Shown: positions 14,210-27,150, counted from the first letter of the stretch. The stretch is 64,000 nucleotides of DNA from Glaucostegus cemiculus (GCA_976551045.1 CDPCPM010000016.1:8060001-8124000); one strand, 5' to 3'. Notes: generated from the sequence alone by a model not told the origin. Made by a program: numbers and translations.

Positions 14210-15466
14210 GAGTGAAGATAGCAACATGAGATCCATTATTGAGAAGGTAAGACCAGAACATTTAGAAAATTGCATGACAATCAAGCAGAATCAACATGGT
14301 TTCATGAAAGAGAGATTGTTTGGCAAACTTGCTTGAGTTGCTTGAGGATGTTACAAATGCAGTGGATAAACAATTAATAAGTGTAGTGCTCTGGATTTCC
14401 AGAAGGCATTCCAAAAAGTGCCACATAAAAGGTTACTGCAAAAGTCAAGGACACATGGGTTGGAGGTAATGTATTGGAATGGACAAGGGACTGGCTACCC
14501 AATAGGAAACAGAGAGTCACTTATAATCCATATTGATGACCTGGATGAGTACACTATAGTAAAATATGCTGATGATACAAGACAGTTGAATTAGTAATGT
14601 GTGAGGATGAAGGGATATAGATAGATTCAGTGAGTGGGCAAGAATTGGTGGATGGAGGAGGATGTAGGAAAATATGAGCTAATCCACTTTGGAACGAAGA
14701 ATGAGAAACAAATTATTATTTAAACTGAAACTACAAAATGCTGTGGCACAAAGGGATCTGAAGATCCTGGTCCATTAACAGCAAAAAGTTAGCATCCTAA
14801 AGCAGTCATAATTAGGAAGATTATTGGAATGTTGGTTTTTATTATAAGATACATGGGGTTTAAAAGTAGGGATGCTTTGGTGCAGCTTTGCAATACAATG
14901 GTAAGACTGCACCTGGGGTACTGTGTAGTTTTGGTCTCTACATAACAAAGGATGTGCTATTTTTAGAGGCAGTGCAGGAAAGTTTCACTCGGTTGAAGGT
15001 TCCTACAATGAAGCCACTGACATGTAAAGAAAGATTGAACAGGTTGAGCTGCTACTCATTGGAGTTTAGAAGACTGAGAGGTGATCTTATCAAAACATAA
15101 AAGACTCAGTGGGGGCGGGGGGGTGCAGTGCGGAAGAGATGTCAGAGTGGATACTGAGAGAATGTTCTGTTCCCTGTTTCTAGAACTGTGGGTAAGAACA
15201 AGGGGTCACCCAATTCAGCTGGAGATGAGGAAGAAATTCTTGGATTTTGGAATTCTCTGTTCCAGAGGGCTGTGGAGGCAGAGCAATTGAATATAATTCC
15301 AGGTGGACATTAAGAGACCTTCAAACCACAAAGAAGCCAAATGATATGGGGACAGCTGGGAAGTGCTGTTGAGGCCAAGATTGGATCAGCCATGATCTTA
15401 TTTAATGGTGGATAAGGTTGAAGGAGCAACTAACATCCTGGTGCTCTTTTCTCTTGGGTTCTTATG
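14210..15466 (+). mobile_element. CR1 LINE, 5'-truncated and degenerate
   Basis: Frameshifted RT remnants QHGFMK, LDFQKAFQKVPH, KYADDT and ERLNRLSCYSLEFRRLRGDLIKT; CR1-type 3' end TTCTTATG. Confidence 0.85.
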
Positions 15467-15585
15467 TGAATGCTTCCACCCTAACCTGCACGTAGTGAGT
15501 AAGGAGGACTGCAGGTCAACAGCTGACACAATCATTGCAGCATCTGTTTGCAGTTACATTTTGTGGGCAACTTTGACTTTTAGAG

Positions 15586-15810
15586 AGAGGAGGGGCGGAA
15601 AGAGAAAGAGAAGACTGGGGTGCAGAGAGAGAAAGGGGGCCATGGATAAAAAGGGGGGAGTATGGAGAAAGAGAGAGAAGAATAGGGCAGGGAGAGGGAG
15701 GAAAGGGCAGGGAGAAAGAGGGACCAGTGGGAAAGAAAATGGAGGATAGACTGTAGAGAGAGAAGAAAGTGAGGGAGAAGAAAGCAACACAAGGAAAAAG
15801 AGTAAATGAT
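15586..15810 (+). repeat. Purine-rich (GA) low-complexity tract
   Basis: About 220 nt almost entirely A/G; source of spurious ORFs on both strands. Confidence 0.8.
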
Positions 15811-16164
15811 GTTCAAAGGGAAGGGAACATGTAGCAAAAGCCTATTTCTCCTGGACACAGCTCAGGGAGACACAGCTGATTCAATGTCTCAGATTGAAAG
15901 CTATGCTCAGTTTGGTTCATCACCTGCTCCAAACACTATTTGGAGCTATTCCCCAGCACCACAACTAATGGAGAAGACCTTCACTCAGGTTTTGCAGATC
16001 TGCCCAAACCGAATCCAGATCCAGTGATGACTCATTCTCCCATTGCTCTGAAAATGACTCTGGTTTAGTTAAGTTTGGCTCAATCACCTCTGCCCAGAGT
16101 GAGTGAAGATCAGGAGGCATGAAACCCAGACTGACTGACCAGGAGTCTTTTCTCACCTCCCCTT

Positions 16165-16635
16165 ACAGTAATGAGAATAAGGGAGGTGCAGGTGAATCTG
16201 TGTCACCTGAAAGGACTGTTTGAGTCCCTGGTGGGAGGTGGTGTAGGGGCAAGTGCTGCACCTATGGTGGGGGCAGTGGAAAGTTCCCAGGGTGGGAGCA
16301 GAATGGGTGTGGTGGGGAGGAGTGCCTCTTTTCTCAACCCCCCTTTTTTCCTCCTTACCTTGATCCCCCCCCCGTGTATCTGCTCTCCTCTCCTCCCCCA
16401 CACCTGCCTATCAATATCTCTTTCCTGCATCTACCTATCACCACCTTGTGCCCACCCTCCCTCCCCTCTTTTATCCACCTATCACTGCTCTGCTCTTCCC
16501 TCCTATATATTGGGCTTCCCCTTTTCCTATCTTCAGCCCTGACGAAGGGTCCTGACCCAAAATGTTGACCGCCGGCTTTACTCCATGGATGCTGCCTAGC
16601 CTGCTAAATTCCTCCAGCATCATCGTGTTTTTCAT
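16165..16635. mobile_element. Penelope-like element remnant with inverted structure and hammerhead-like motif
   Basis: Minus strand 16165-16300 encodes GTFHCPHHRCSTCPYTTSHQGLKQSFQV, resembling the Cys-rich linker before a PLE GIY-YIG nuclease. Plus strand 16330-16635 is a pyrimidine-rich tail followed by CTGACGA-A-GGGT-CCTG-ACCC-AAAA and the common arm sequence. Confidence 0.7.
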
Positions 16636-17256
16636 TCAGTTTATTGCAGGAGTTTGTTTACCACTTGCAATCTCATCGCTTTGATATGTTGACGCCTCAA
16701 TGTGCAACATGAGGACCATTCAATATTAGGCCTGCAATTCGTGCTTCTGACTCTCTGGGTTTCAAGTTATTTATTTTAGCTGTAGCTTCTCCACATTCTC
16801 GGGCAGCAAGTCACCCCCACAGTGCCCTCACACATCCCCAAGTGACCAGATGAAGAGTGTTTACAAAATTGTATTTGAAGATGCAAGATAAAGATGGAAA
16901 ATAAATAAAACTAGGAAATGTTAGTAAGAACATTTAATATATATAAATGACTTCCAGTATATAAAGTGTATTGTAGTAAAACTCTGGTAATCTGGCACCT
17001 GAGGAACTCTGGTGGTGTCAGGCAGGGAGATTTTTTTGATTGTCAGTGGTTGCTCCAATTGATACTCCAACACACTTTTAATTCATTTTGTTATATGGAG
17101 TATTATAAATTTTCCAGCTAGCTTGTGAAGTTGAGAGGAAGTGTAGAAATGAGTCAATGGTGAGTTTCAAGGGAGAGTGGGAAGGAGTAGGGCAAATGGG
17201 GCTCATTTTCTTCAGTTTTGTCATTGTGTGTAATATCCTCTAATTTTTGACAATAG

Positions 17257-17357
17257 GAGGAAGGTTTAAATGATGTTCAGGAAATCATGAAGACAGAAAA
17301 GCCACACCCAGAGCGACGGCTCAGAGGCGTCTTGGAGGAGTTGAGCAATGGATGCAA
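17257..17357 (+). CDS. OTOF: OTOF window exon 9 (101 nt), FerA
   Basis: caatag|GAG...TGCAA|gtggg; encodes [33 protein letters not shown](N). Confidence 0.95.
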
Positions 17358-18172
17358 GTGGGTATAAATACAAGTCTCCTGGCTCTAAAATGATTCCAAT
17401 ACTGCTTTAGTCACATGGATCACGTTTATCAATACAAAGTCATTAATTAGTTAATGAAGGCGAAGGTGATTTCTTGTAATATATTCTGTGAAAGAAGGCT
17501 AAATAGATTCATGTTGAAAACATTTATTATCTTAAGGACATAACACATTATATTCCTTTTTAATACTTTCCTCTTTCAATTTATGTTTTTATTTTAAGCT
17601 GCATTGTTTTACATCCTGACTCTAATTTTTGATGAATCACTATTCCTTTCTCGCCCTGCTCCTTCGAAATATGTTCACTGTTAGCCAGGTTAACTTGGTA
17701 ACACTCTTATCTCTGGGTTCTAAAGTGTGTGTTTAGTTTGGCGTTAAGGGACTGCTGCATTGTTACAGCTTCACATGTGTGACATCTACGTCTGTTCATC
17801 CTGTATCAGGTGAATGTTAGAGCTCATGACACTTTTGGAAGGAATAAGCATTTCTCTTCTAGTAGTACCAAAAACAGATCAAATACTCATTTTTCTCATC
17901 ACACAAAATGTTCTGATATTCAAGAATATGATACAGCAACTATATCATATACAGCACAACAAACATCATACATCAAATGCACAATTGACTAGAAGATGCT
18001 TTGATATATTCCAAGACCAGAAAATAAAAGTATTTATAAATTTTGAAACTAAGAATGAAATGTATGTCTTGTATCACTAGAATAATTAAGCTTTTGTTCC
18101 ATTTCATATGAAAATACTTTCTGAAGAAAGGAACTTTGTATCTGAACTTTTACCTCTGTGTTCTCTCAACAG

Positions 18173-18263
18173 CCGTTTTGTGTCACTGGGAAATAAAGAC
18201 CAAAATGCATTAGGGAGGACAAAGCTGGACAGAGAGCGGCTGAAGACCTGCATAAGGGAGATG
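18173..18263 (+). CDS. OTOF: OTOF window exon 10 (91 nt), FerA
   Basis: caacag|C...ATG|gtaca; encodes RFVSLGNKDQNALGRTKLDRERLKTCIREM. Confidence 0.95.
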
Positions 18264-18451
18264 GTACATTAAATGTTCCTCATCTCTTGCAAATCAGTTA
18301 CATGAAGAAACATTGCTGAGAAACCAAGGGCCTGCATGCTCACGCAAATATTGCATTAGATCTTCATCATTGGCATTACAGTTTGCACAGGAGGCAATAT
18401 CTTGTAATATTATCCCTATTTAACTCATTCTGATCTACACTGATCTACAAT

Positions 18452-18725
18452 TGGGGGTCATAGTCTCAGGTGAAGTTAGCCTTTTAAGATAGGGATGAGA
18501 AGAAATGCCTTTACTCAGAAATTTATGAACTTTCAGTATTTCAAAGCACTTTATGTTCAGTTGATGAAAATATTTAAGACATAGGTTCATAGAAACTTAG
18601 ACAGTGAGGGAATTGAAAGATATGTAGATTTGAAGGGTTGAGATTGAGGATCAGCTGTGAAGCACAGGCTTCAGTTCAATGGCCTTACACCTTTACTCCT
18701 GTTCCTGTTTCCTATGTTCTTATAG
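18452..18725 (+). mobile_element. CR1 LINE 3' fragment
   Basis: GGGGTCATAGTCTCAGG...GATGAGAAGAAATGCCTTTACTCAGA...CTCCTGTTCCTGTTTCCTATGTTCTT, a CR1-type tail. Confidence 0.65.
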
Positions 18726-19199
18726 TCGTTCTTCTGAGAAGGTTTTAAATGTCCTATTTCTATACTGTTGATCAATTTATGGTTTATTGAATACTCTTCA
18801 TAGCTCTTAGAATCCCCACCCCTATTTCAATTTAACATCATTTAGGATCATGCCTCCCTATTCTCATAACATGCAGCTAGGTGTCAGATGGCTGCACTGT
18901 TTACATATGGTTCCTGTGAAGAAACACTTGCCTGATATTTTCAAAATCATTCAGTGTAGAGAAAATTGCTTTAATGATACCATTAGATGATCTGTGCTGC
19001 TTTCATAAATGATAGCTGTCAATGACCAATACTAATTTTATGTACTTAAGGGAATTGCTATTAGATTCAAGATAAAAATGCAATACCCAACATAGAAAGT
19101 GTAAATTTCAAAATATTAATCCTCTTTTTAAAGACAAAATGTACAGAAGGTCAAGTTGTAATCTTTATACTAAATACTGGTATACCTGTCTGACTTCAG

Positions 19200-19316
19200 G
19201 AGAACATGGCACAACAAGCAAAGACAATGCGAACCCAGGTGAAGAAAAACACATTCAAGGATAAACTGAAGCAGGTTCAGAGCTTTCTACATAAACTCCG
19301 CTTTATGGCTGATGAG
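19200..19316 (+). CDS. OTOF: OTOF window exon 11 (117 nt), FerA
   Basis: ttcag|GAG...GAG|gtaag; encodes [39 protein letters not shown]. Confidence 0.95.
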
Positions 19317-19499
19317 GTAAGAGATATGTCTGAATATAGAATATAAGAAATATATTCTACTGTGCCAAGAATTCAGAAGAATACTACAGAATTTAATTTT
19401 AAATTGATGATTTCCTCATGGTTCTGTTAAGAAATAAATGTAGAAAATAAGTATGGTTAACTTTTATTTGTTTTCCAATTAATGTGCTAATATTATTTC

Positions 19500-19803
19500 N
19501 NNNNNNNNNNNNNNNNNNNNNNNNNNNNNNNNNNNNNNNNNNNNNNNNNNNNNNNNNNNNNNNNNNNNNNNNNNNNNNNNNNNNNNNNNNNNNNNNNNNN
19601 NNNNNNNNNNNNNNNNNNNNNNNNNNNNNNNNNNNNNNNNNNNNNNNNNNNNNNNNNNNNNNNNNNNNNNNNNNNNNNNNNNNNNNNNNNNNNNNNNNNN
19701 NNNNNNNNNNNNNNNNNNNNNNNNNNNNNNNNNNNNNNNNNNNNNNNNNNNNNNNNNNNNNNNNNNNNNNNNNNNNNNNNNNNNNNNNNNNNNNNNNNNN
19801 NNN
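19500..19803. other. Assembly gap (304 N)
   Basis: Run of N in the intron after window exon 11; a minus-strand CR1 fragment (WYGLPEEDAEIGTITMFKRHLDRYM) abuts its right edge. Confidence 0.99.
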
Positions 19804-20489
19804 AAAACCATTTCTTCCATGTACCTGTCTAAATGTCTTTTAAACATTGTGATTGTACCTATCTCTGCATCTTCCTCTGGCAGCCCATACCAACTACCCA
19901 TCACCGTCGATGTGAAGGAGGTCATCACAATTAACTATTAAGATATCCAAAGGTTACTCTGATGCCAATATTTCTACTGGTTAATCAAGTACCCAAACCC
20001 CGACACAAAGATATGGTCACCAACTGGAGCTCCCTCCAATTGCCCCAGTAAATATCCAGTGGCTCAAGGTCAAAGACTGAATTTGTTTACTTCCATTCAG
20101 TGTGATTCAGTGACTCAGTTTGTGAACTTAGTCACTCTGACTTAAGAGCCCCAGATACCCTGAGTGTTGAGTTATAATAGACCATTCTATTGGTTAAAAT
20201 CTGTATGCTACATTTTATAACAGCTTCATTGGTTAAGATACTGAAGATAGATTATGTTAAATAAAAAATACACTTTGTTAAACAAAAGGACTTTCAGAGA
20301 CAGAGAGGAAGAGTCTTTTTCTGTTTCCAGAGAGAAACATGCAATTTCCATAATATTTGTCTCAGGCATATTGTCCATATTGAACCTATGTGATTCTCTG
20401 ATTCTTTAATGTATTTTAAGAATTCTCTGCTCACTTTTCTTCAATTCAGAATTTACTTCCTCCACAGTACCTTCCACTGTCATGCATAT

Positions 20490-20668
20490 TAAATCAAAGC
20501 ATAAAACAGAAAATGCCAGAAATACTCAGTAGGCTGTACAGCGTCAACACAGAGAGAAAAATCAAAGTTAATGCATCAGGTTGCATCAGAAAGTTGAGGT
20601 GCTGCCTGTCCTCCTGAGCATTCCCAGCATTTTCTGATTTTAGTTCACATTCCTGTATCTGCTGTACT
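20490..20668. mobile_element. Decayed palindromic Penelope-derived element
   Basis: CAGAAAATGCCAGAAATACTCAG (left arm) vs CTGAGCATTCCCAGCATTTTCTG (right arm). Confidence 0.6.
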
Positions 20669-20804
20669 TGTATGGTTGTATCCTGCTAACTTCTGTAACT
20701 TACAATTCTCTCTTTGGGACTCTTATCTTCAAAAAGGTAAAAACAAAAATCTTCCATTATTCGTGTATCTGTAATGATGTAGCTTCTAGCATTTTCCTTA
20801 CTAA

Positions 20805-21062
<258 letters not shown>

Positions 21063-21369
21063 TGAAAATCTGCAAAGTAGGCTTTGGCCAGTGTTATAAC
21101 CTGGGTTTCCTTTGCATTCTGCTAGCCATATGACAGAATAAATACAAACAGACCAAGAGCCAATCCAGTGACACCTGGGCGGGGGAAACTGGACGCATTT
21201 ATTGATTGTGGTATATGTAGACAGCCCAGGGAAGCAGAGACCCAAACTTTACTTGTGGGGCTTGGAGGATGACTGATTGCAGCATGGTGATGGGTTCAAG
21301 TTCCATGTTGTATACTGATGAGCCCAGCTTAGAGCCTCAGGATCTGAAGCTCAGAACAGATGGGTTGCA

Positions 21370-21735
21370 CTGAAATTCAGAAGTTATGGGACAGATTTTC
21401 CCAGAACATGACCTCAAAATGTCAGCTGACAATACTGAGGTGGGTGACATCTTAAAATGAAAATATATTTTGAGGTAAATGTAAGAAAAAAGATCCCATG
21501 GCAGTATTTTGAAGAAGAGCAGGAGAACTACCCTCTGTATTTTGATCAATATTTAACTAATAACCAACATCGAAATGACAGATTATTTGATCCTCATCAC
21601 ACTACTGTTTGTGGGAGCTTGTTGTGTGCAAATTGGCTGATGCTTTTCTTACATTAAGCCCATAATTCAAAATATTTCATTGCCTTTAAAACGCTTTGGT
21701 ACAATTTGAGATTTATGAATGGAAGATCTTTTTAA
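21370..21735 (+). mobile_element. DeuSINE (SacSINE1/AmnSINE-related), decayed
   Basis: Deu-domain-like AAGATCCCATGGCAGTATTTTGAAGAAGAGCAGG and CTGTTTGTGGGAGCTTGTTGTGTGCAAATTGGCTG...AAACGCTTTGG; recalled consensus. Confidence 0.65.
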
Positions 21736-21835
21736 TTCTACTGTGAAGTGCATCAAAACATTCTACTGTTGTGAATGGGTTAGATAAATGAAAATCTTCT
21801 CTGTATCCCTTAACCCACTGAGGCTCAATATAGTG

Positions 21836-23400
21836 TCATAGAGCAATACAGCAGAAATACAGGCCTTTCAGCCCAACAAGTCCATGCTGACCACGTTGTC
21901 CTCCTAGCTTATCCCAACTTCCTGTATTTGGCCCATATCCCTCCAAGTCCCTCTCCTCCAGGTATCTATCCAAGTGCTTCTTAAATGATACTATCGTACC
22001 CGCCTCAACCACTTCCTCTGGCAGCTCGTTCGATATACTCCCCACTACGTGAAAAAGTTGCCCCTCAGGTCCCTTTTAAATCTTTCCCCTTTCACCCTAA
22101 ATCTATGCCCCCGGTTTTGGACTCCCCTACCCTGGGGAAAAGACTTTTACTGTCCACCTTATCCCTGCCTCTCATAATTTTAAACATTTAAATAAGGTCA
22201 CCCCTCATTCTCCTACATTTCAAAGAAAAAAGACCTAAGCTGACCAACCTCTCCCTATAACTAAGGCTCTTCAGTCCTGGCAACATCCTCATAAATTTTT
22301 GCTGCACTCTTCCCAGCTTAACCACATCTTTCTGATAACAGGGTGATCAAAACTGTATACAGTACTCCAAGTGCAGCTGCACAAACAATTTGTACAACTG
22401 CAACATAATGTCCCATCTCCTATACTCAGTGCCCTGACTGATGAAGGCCAGCGTGCTAAACGGCTTTTTCACCACCCTGACTACCTGTAACATTGCTTTC
22501 AACAAACTATGCACTTATACTCCTAGGCCCCACTGTTCCATTACACTCCCTAGTGCCCTACCATTCATAGTACAAGTCCTGCGCTGGTTTGACTTTCCTC
22601 ACATTATCTGCGTTGAAATCCACTTGCCACTCCTCAGCCCAATTCCCTAAATGATCAAGATACCCCTGTAATCTACAATAACCTTCTTCACTATCAGGAA
22701 CACCTCCTAATTTTGTGTCATCTGCAAACTTGCTGATCAAGCCTGTGTATTCACATCCAAATCATTTATATAAATAGCGAATAACAAGGTCCCAACACTG
22801 ACCCCTGGAGCACACCGCTAGTCACCGGTCTCCATTCCGAGAAATAAACTTCAACCACCTCCCTCTGCTTCCTACCTCTGAACAAATTTTAAATCCAGCC
22901 AACTAGCTCTCCCTGGATTCCATGGGACCTAACTTTGTAGACCAGCCTGCCATGCGGGACCTTGTCAAAGGCCTTGCTAAAGTCCAAGTAGACAACATCC
23001 ACTGCCCTACCCTCAGCTGCATTTTTGGTTACTTCTTCAATTAAAAACTCTAACAAAAAAATCATCAAACGCAACTTTCCATACACAAAGCCATGCTGAC
23101 TCCTCCTAATCAGACTGTCTATCCAAATGCTGGTAGATTCTGTCCCTCAGAATTCCTCCAGTAACTTCCCCACCACTGATGTCAGGCTGACTGGCCTATA
23201 GTTCCCTAGCTTGTCCTTGTTACCCTTCTTAAATAACGGAATGACATTAGCTACCTTCCAGTCCTTGGGAACTTCACCAGGGGCTAACAATAAAGCAAAT
23301 ATTTTTGCAAAGGCTCCTGCCATCTCTTCTCTAGCCTCCTACCATCTCTTCTCTAGCCTCCTACAAAGTCCAAGGATGTACTCTGTCAGGACCTTTTAAT
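21836..23400 (-). mobile_element. CR1/HER1 LINE, 5'-truncated (~1.5 kb)
   Basis: Minus-strand RT fragments AVDVVYLDFSKAFDKVPHGRLVYKVRSHGIQGELVGWI, MISKFADDTKLGG and ELPEEVVEAGTIVSFKKHLDRYL; 3' tail at ~21836-21890. Confidence 0.92.
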
Positions 23401-24339
23401 GCGCTGTAGGAGAAGATTTAGGAAAAATGTATTCTCCACTTGAAGCACATTATCCCCACATTAAAGTGATTAAATATTTTTGAAAGAAACTGCTAAAGGA
23501 AGTGGCAGGGAGCAGGGACTAAGCTGATAAATGAGCTGCACTCAACATTGTGCATTGTAAAGCCTTCTCCAGACTGTCAACTTCTTTCATTGTATAATTC
23601 CTCCTGAAACCCACTTACTGTTAAAGCATGCTGTTGTTACCAGTGCCAGTCAGCCTTTGAGTGATCACCTTTTGTTTCCTTTCATTTTGCACAGGAGCAT
23701 TTATAAGCAGTGTGAAGATAACTTGTGGAAGGAGTTGTCAGGCTGGGATTTGGATCTCCAGCTTCCTGTTTTGCATTCACCATTCAGGACTCTGGACTCC
23801 TGATCATTAGGCAAATAGAATCATAAAGTCATACAAAACAAAACTAAGTCCTTTGGCCCAATTGGTCCATGCTGACCAAGATGCCCATCTAAGCTAGTCC
23901 CATTTACTAGTCCCAATTATTGTACTTTTGGCAATGTGGTGATATACCCTTTGTAAATGATAGTGGTCAACTAGGATGAAAGAATGTCTGACAATGCTGA
24001 TTAATATTCGCAGAGGTAGTCTTTGGGCACCTTTGTTTTATGAAGCACATTCCTCACTAGAGTTTCCATTGTGCAAAATCTGTGATCAGCAATTGTTTTC
24101 TATATTCCATGTTTCTGTATTTCCTCAGGACTGAGGAGGCTATTCAACCCATTGAATGTGCCAGCTCACAGAGCAATCCCAGCCCCACTAGTTTTCTTTG
24201 TAACCTAATCTTCCCATGTTCCTATCAATTTTACTTCCAACCAAAGCTGAGGGAAATCTTTACGTTGGCCAATTGGTACACTACTGTGCATTTATTTAAA
24301 CCAATCAAAGAAACTTACTTACATTTATCTTCTCCACAG

Positions 24340-24529
24340 CTACCTGGAAAGAGAGGCTTTGGCACTGCAGGTTGGACAGTCCAGTCCAAAATAGAGGTTT
24401 ACTTTTGGCTGGGGTTGAATAAGCAGCGGAAGGATTTCCTCAGTGGCCTTCCCAATGGATATGAAGAGAACAAAGCAGTAAAGGGTCCAGGAATGCAGTC
24501 AATCCCTCCTATAAGTCTGACCTATATCA
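24340..24529 (+). CDS. OTOF: OTOF window exon 13 (190 nt), FerB
   Basis: ccacag|CTA...ATCA|gtaag; encodes [63 protein letters not shown]. Confidence 0.96.
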
Positions 24530-25464
24530 GTAAGTACCAGTTTTGAATGTAAATGATTAAACTGTTCAGTATCTAGATCTTAATGAGCACACTGAATAAA
24601 AAGGATATTTGCAGGAAATATTCAGCTGGTCAGGCAGCATCTGTAGAACTCATGAGCCAAACCACGTTTTATTCAACTCACCTCCCTAACTTACTCTCCC
24701 CAAGACTCTTTTAACATGGTAAGGAGATATGGTTCTAATCATCAGCCTCCTCATCCTGGAGACAGGTAGCAGGGCCTGAAGAGCAACTAAACTGCAGCCA
24801 GCATACTGCTGAGGCCTCGCCCCAGAAAGCCTTCAATAGTTTTTTGACCTTAAATGTCTCTGGTAGTCTCAGTAGATTTAAGCAACACATAACATTAAAC
24901 AGTTGAAAATGAATTAAACAAATCATTAAAAACATGAAATTATTCAGACACTTAACTTTCTCCACAGGGAGGGTGACCCATTCTTATAAATGGGACAACA
25001 GTCTTCAATGGCATAAAGCTGAGCCTTGGATTCACTGTATATCCACCCCCTCTTCTCATTATGTGCTCCACCATTAGGTTCATTGTGGAGACCACTGGCA
25101 GACTGGGTTTAACCTCCAACTTGTCTCAGACTTGCACACATTCATACACTTGAATAGAGATCTGAGACATGTTGAACATCAAGAGGCCAAAGATTCCCTG
25201 CAGAGACGTTGCCTACTAGTAAACAGGATTCCTCCCAATGACTTTGGAGGAAAGGAATTAAAGGTCTGCCAAAAGTTATACAGTCCAAAAATGGCTTGTG
25301 CTGAACACAAGTGGATGAAAATATCATTGCTTCAATCAATTCTTGAACAGAGGGAACCTAATAATTACATCAAAACAAACTGTCGGCCATAATGTTTGCC
25401 AGATTATTCAGTGAAATTTGGAATTAAGTTTGCTTGCGTAAATTCATTGTGTAATTTGTCATAA

Positions 25465-25626
<162 letters not shown>

Positions 25627-25833
25627 TAATTGAAAGGGCTTGCTTTTATGAAAGAAATTCTCCAACATAAAAACTTGCCAGTTATCCACAGTCCTATATG
25701 TTTTTCACAAGTACCACCCTTTCTCAGGGAAAAGGCACTAAGTATAAGCAGACTATTCCTGCACAGGGAGAACCGAGAAAAAGCTGCCAGGTGGTGATGC
25801 AGAACAGAAAGAGTAATTAGTTGAAGGCAAAGT

Positions 25834-25913
25834 AAGATCTTTGTGCTTGTTTGACAGCTCTGGTGAAGAGGCATTCTGCCAAACAACTTTGACAGTCAGC
25901 TTGGGAAACCACC
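25834..25913 (-). repeat. 80-nt inverted duplicate of 26641-26720
   Basis: Reverse complement matches 26641-26720 at 79/80 positions (hand alignment). Confidence 0.95.
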
Positions 25914-26469
25914 AGTTTCACCAGTTTACCACTCTGCACCTTGGAGGGTGTCAGCTGCACAACCATCATTTCTCTGTGCCAAAGCTCCTCACCTGGCATC
26001 CGGCTTGAGTGCATGACAACGAATATTGGGTTCACAGGCTGCCCAGTGTTGGCATTACCACCACACAGAAGGCACATGGAGACAATGCAGTCTAGTTAAC
26101 ACAAACTGGAATACATCAAGATGGAGCTGCTTGGTTTTAGATGATTAAATTCTCAATGTTGCTGTACTTGATGCAGTTAAGGACCAAACCCCACAATCAT
26201 GTTATACCGATCACCCAAGACCATCTCCATTTAATCTGGAGCTCAAAACTGGATGCAGCTTGCAGAACCCCAATGCACAAACCTCCAGAAAAAGAGGCAA
26301 ATATGTACCCAATGCGACTCTCATTTTGATGGTTGTGTGTGTCTTCATCAAGCTGCATGTAGATCCTGAGTATATAAACACCAAGTGTCACTACATGCCA
26401 AGGTCATAGAGTTATATAGCATGGAAATGGGCCCTTCATCTCACATGTCTTTGCCAGCTTTCAAGTACA

Positions 26470-27150
26470 CGTTGTCCCCAGTGTTGCCTTGGAACTTTCC
26501 ATTCAGTTAGACCATGCTGCATCACTTGACCCTCTTAGAACGCTTTACCCAAAATAATGCTTCTGATGACGTCGGTCAGGCAGTGGTTTATGTGAAGTGT
26601 CATCATAGCTGTGCAGGGAAAAACACAGTGGATCCAATGGGGTGGTTTCCCAAGCTGACTGTCAAAGTTGTTTGGCAGAATGCCTCTTCACCAGAGCTGT
26701 CAAACAAGCACAAAGACCTTCAGCTGTCAGTGACAAGGCCATCCTTTAAGATTGTTCATGTATGGCTGGAATATCAGCGTTTATGACAGCTGCACTGGAA
26801 GTGAGACCATTGCCTGTCTCCTTCTGAATGTGCTTTGTCACAAAGCTCTGGGAAGATATAAACAGTGAGCGAGTTGGTGGGATTGTCGAGATTTGGCCCT
26901 AACAGCTGAATACCACAACAATTTATGCTGTGCAGTCTGCTGCTGGGGACACACACTACAAATATCAACTGCTCAGTGCAGTGAAAGACATCCTCTTGTC
27001 TGCCCAAATCTCACTTTTCTTCTAGAGCTCAAAGTTGTCCATGATCAAGTGCTGCAAACTTGCACAGTCCAAGATCCAGAACCATGTCCTCAGGGATGTG
27101 CTGAAGACACTGCAAAGTGTGCAATTTAAGACCTTCCCGCCATTGCATAC
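26470..27150 (+). mobile_element. Tx1/L1-clade LINE ORF2 C-terminal remnant
   Basis: KNTVDPMGWFPKLTVKVVWQNASSPELSNKHKDL and a downstream CCKLAQSKIQNHVLRD-like segment resemble the zf-RVT region of fish Tx1-like elements (recall). Confidence 0.55.

Noticed and set aside
15405-15858. Overlapping 78-114 aa ORFs on both strands
   Set aside because: They arise from a GA-rich low-complexity tract lacking stop codons; no protein similarity or splice context.
16972-17170. Possible Tc1/pogo MITE terminus (GTAGTAAAACTCTGGTAATCTGGCACC)
   Set aside because: No matching second terminal inverted repeat found by eye; too decayed to support.
19500-19803. Possible missing OTOF exon in the N gap, and the two poly-X ORFs spanning it
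   Set aside because: The flanking exons join in phase as ...RFMADE|PQHSIP..., contiguous with known otoferlin. The ORFs are artefacts of N translation.
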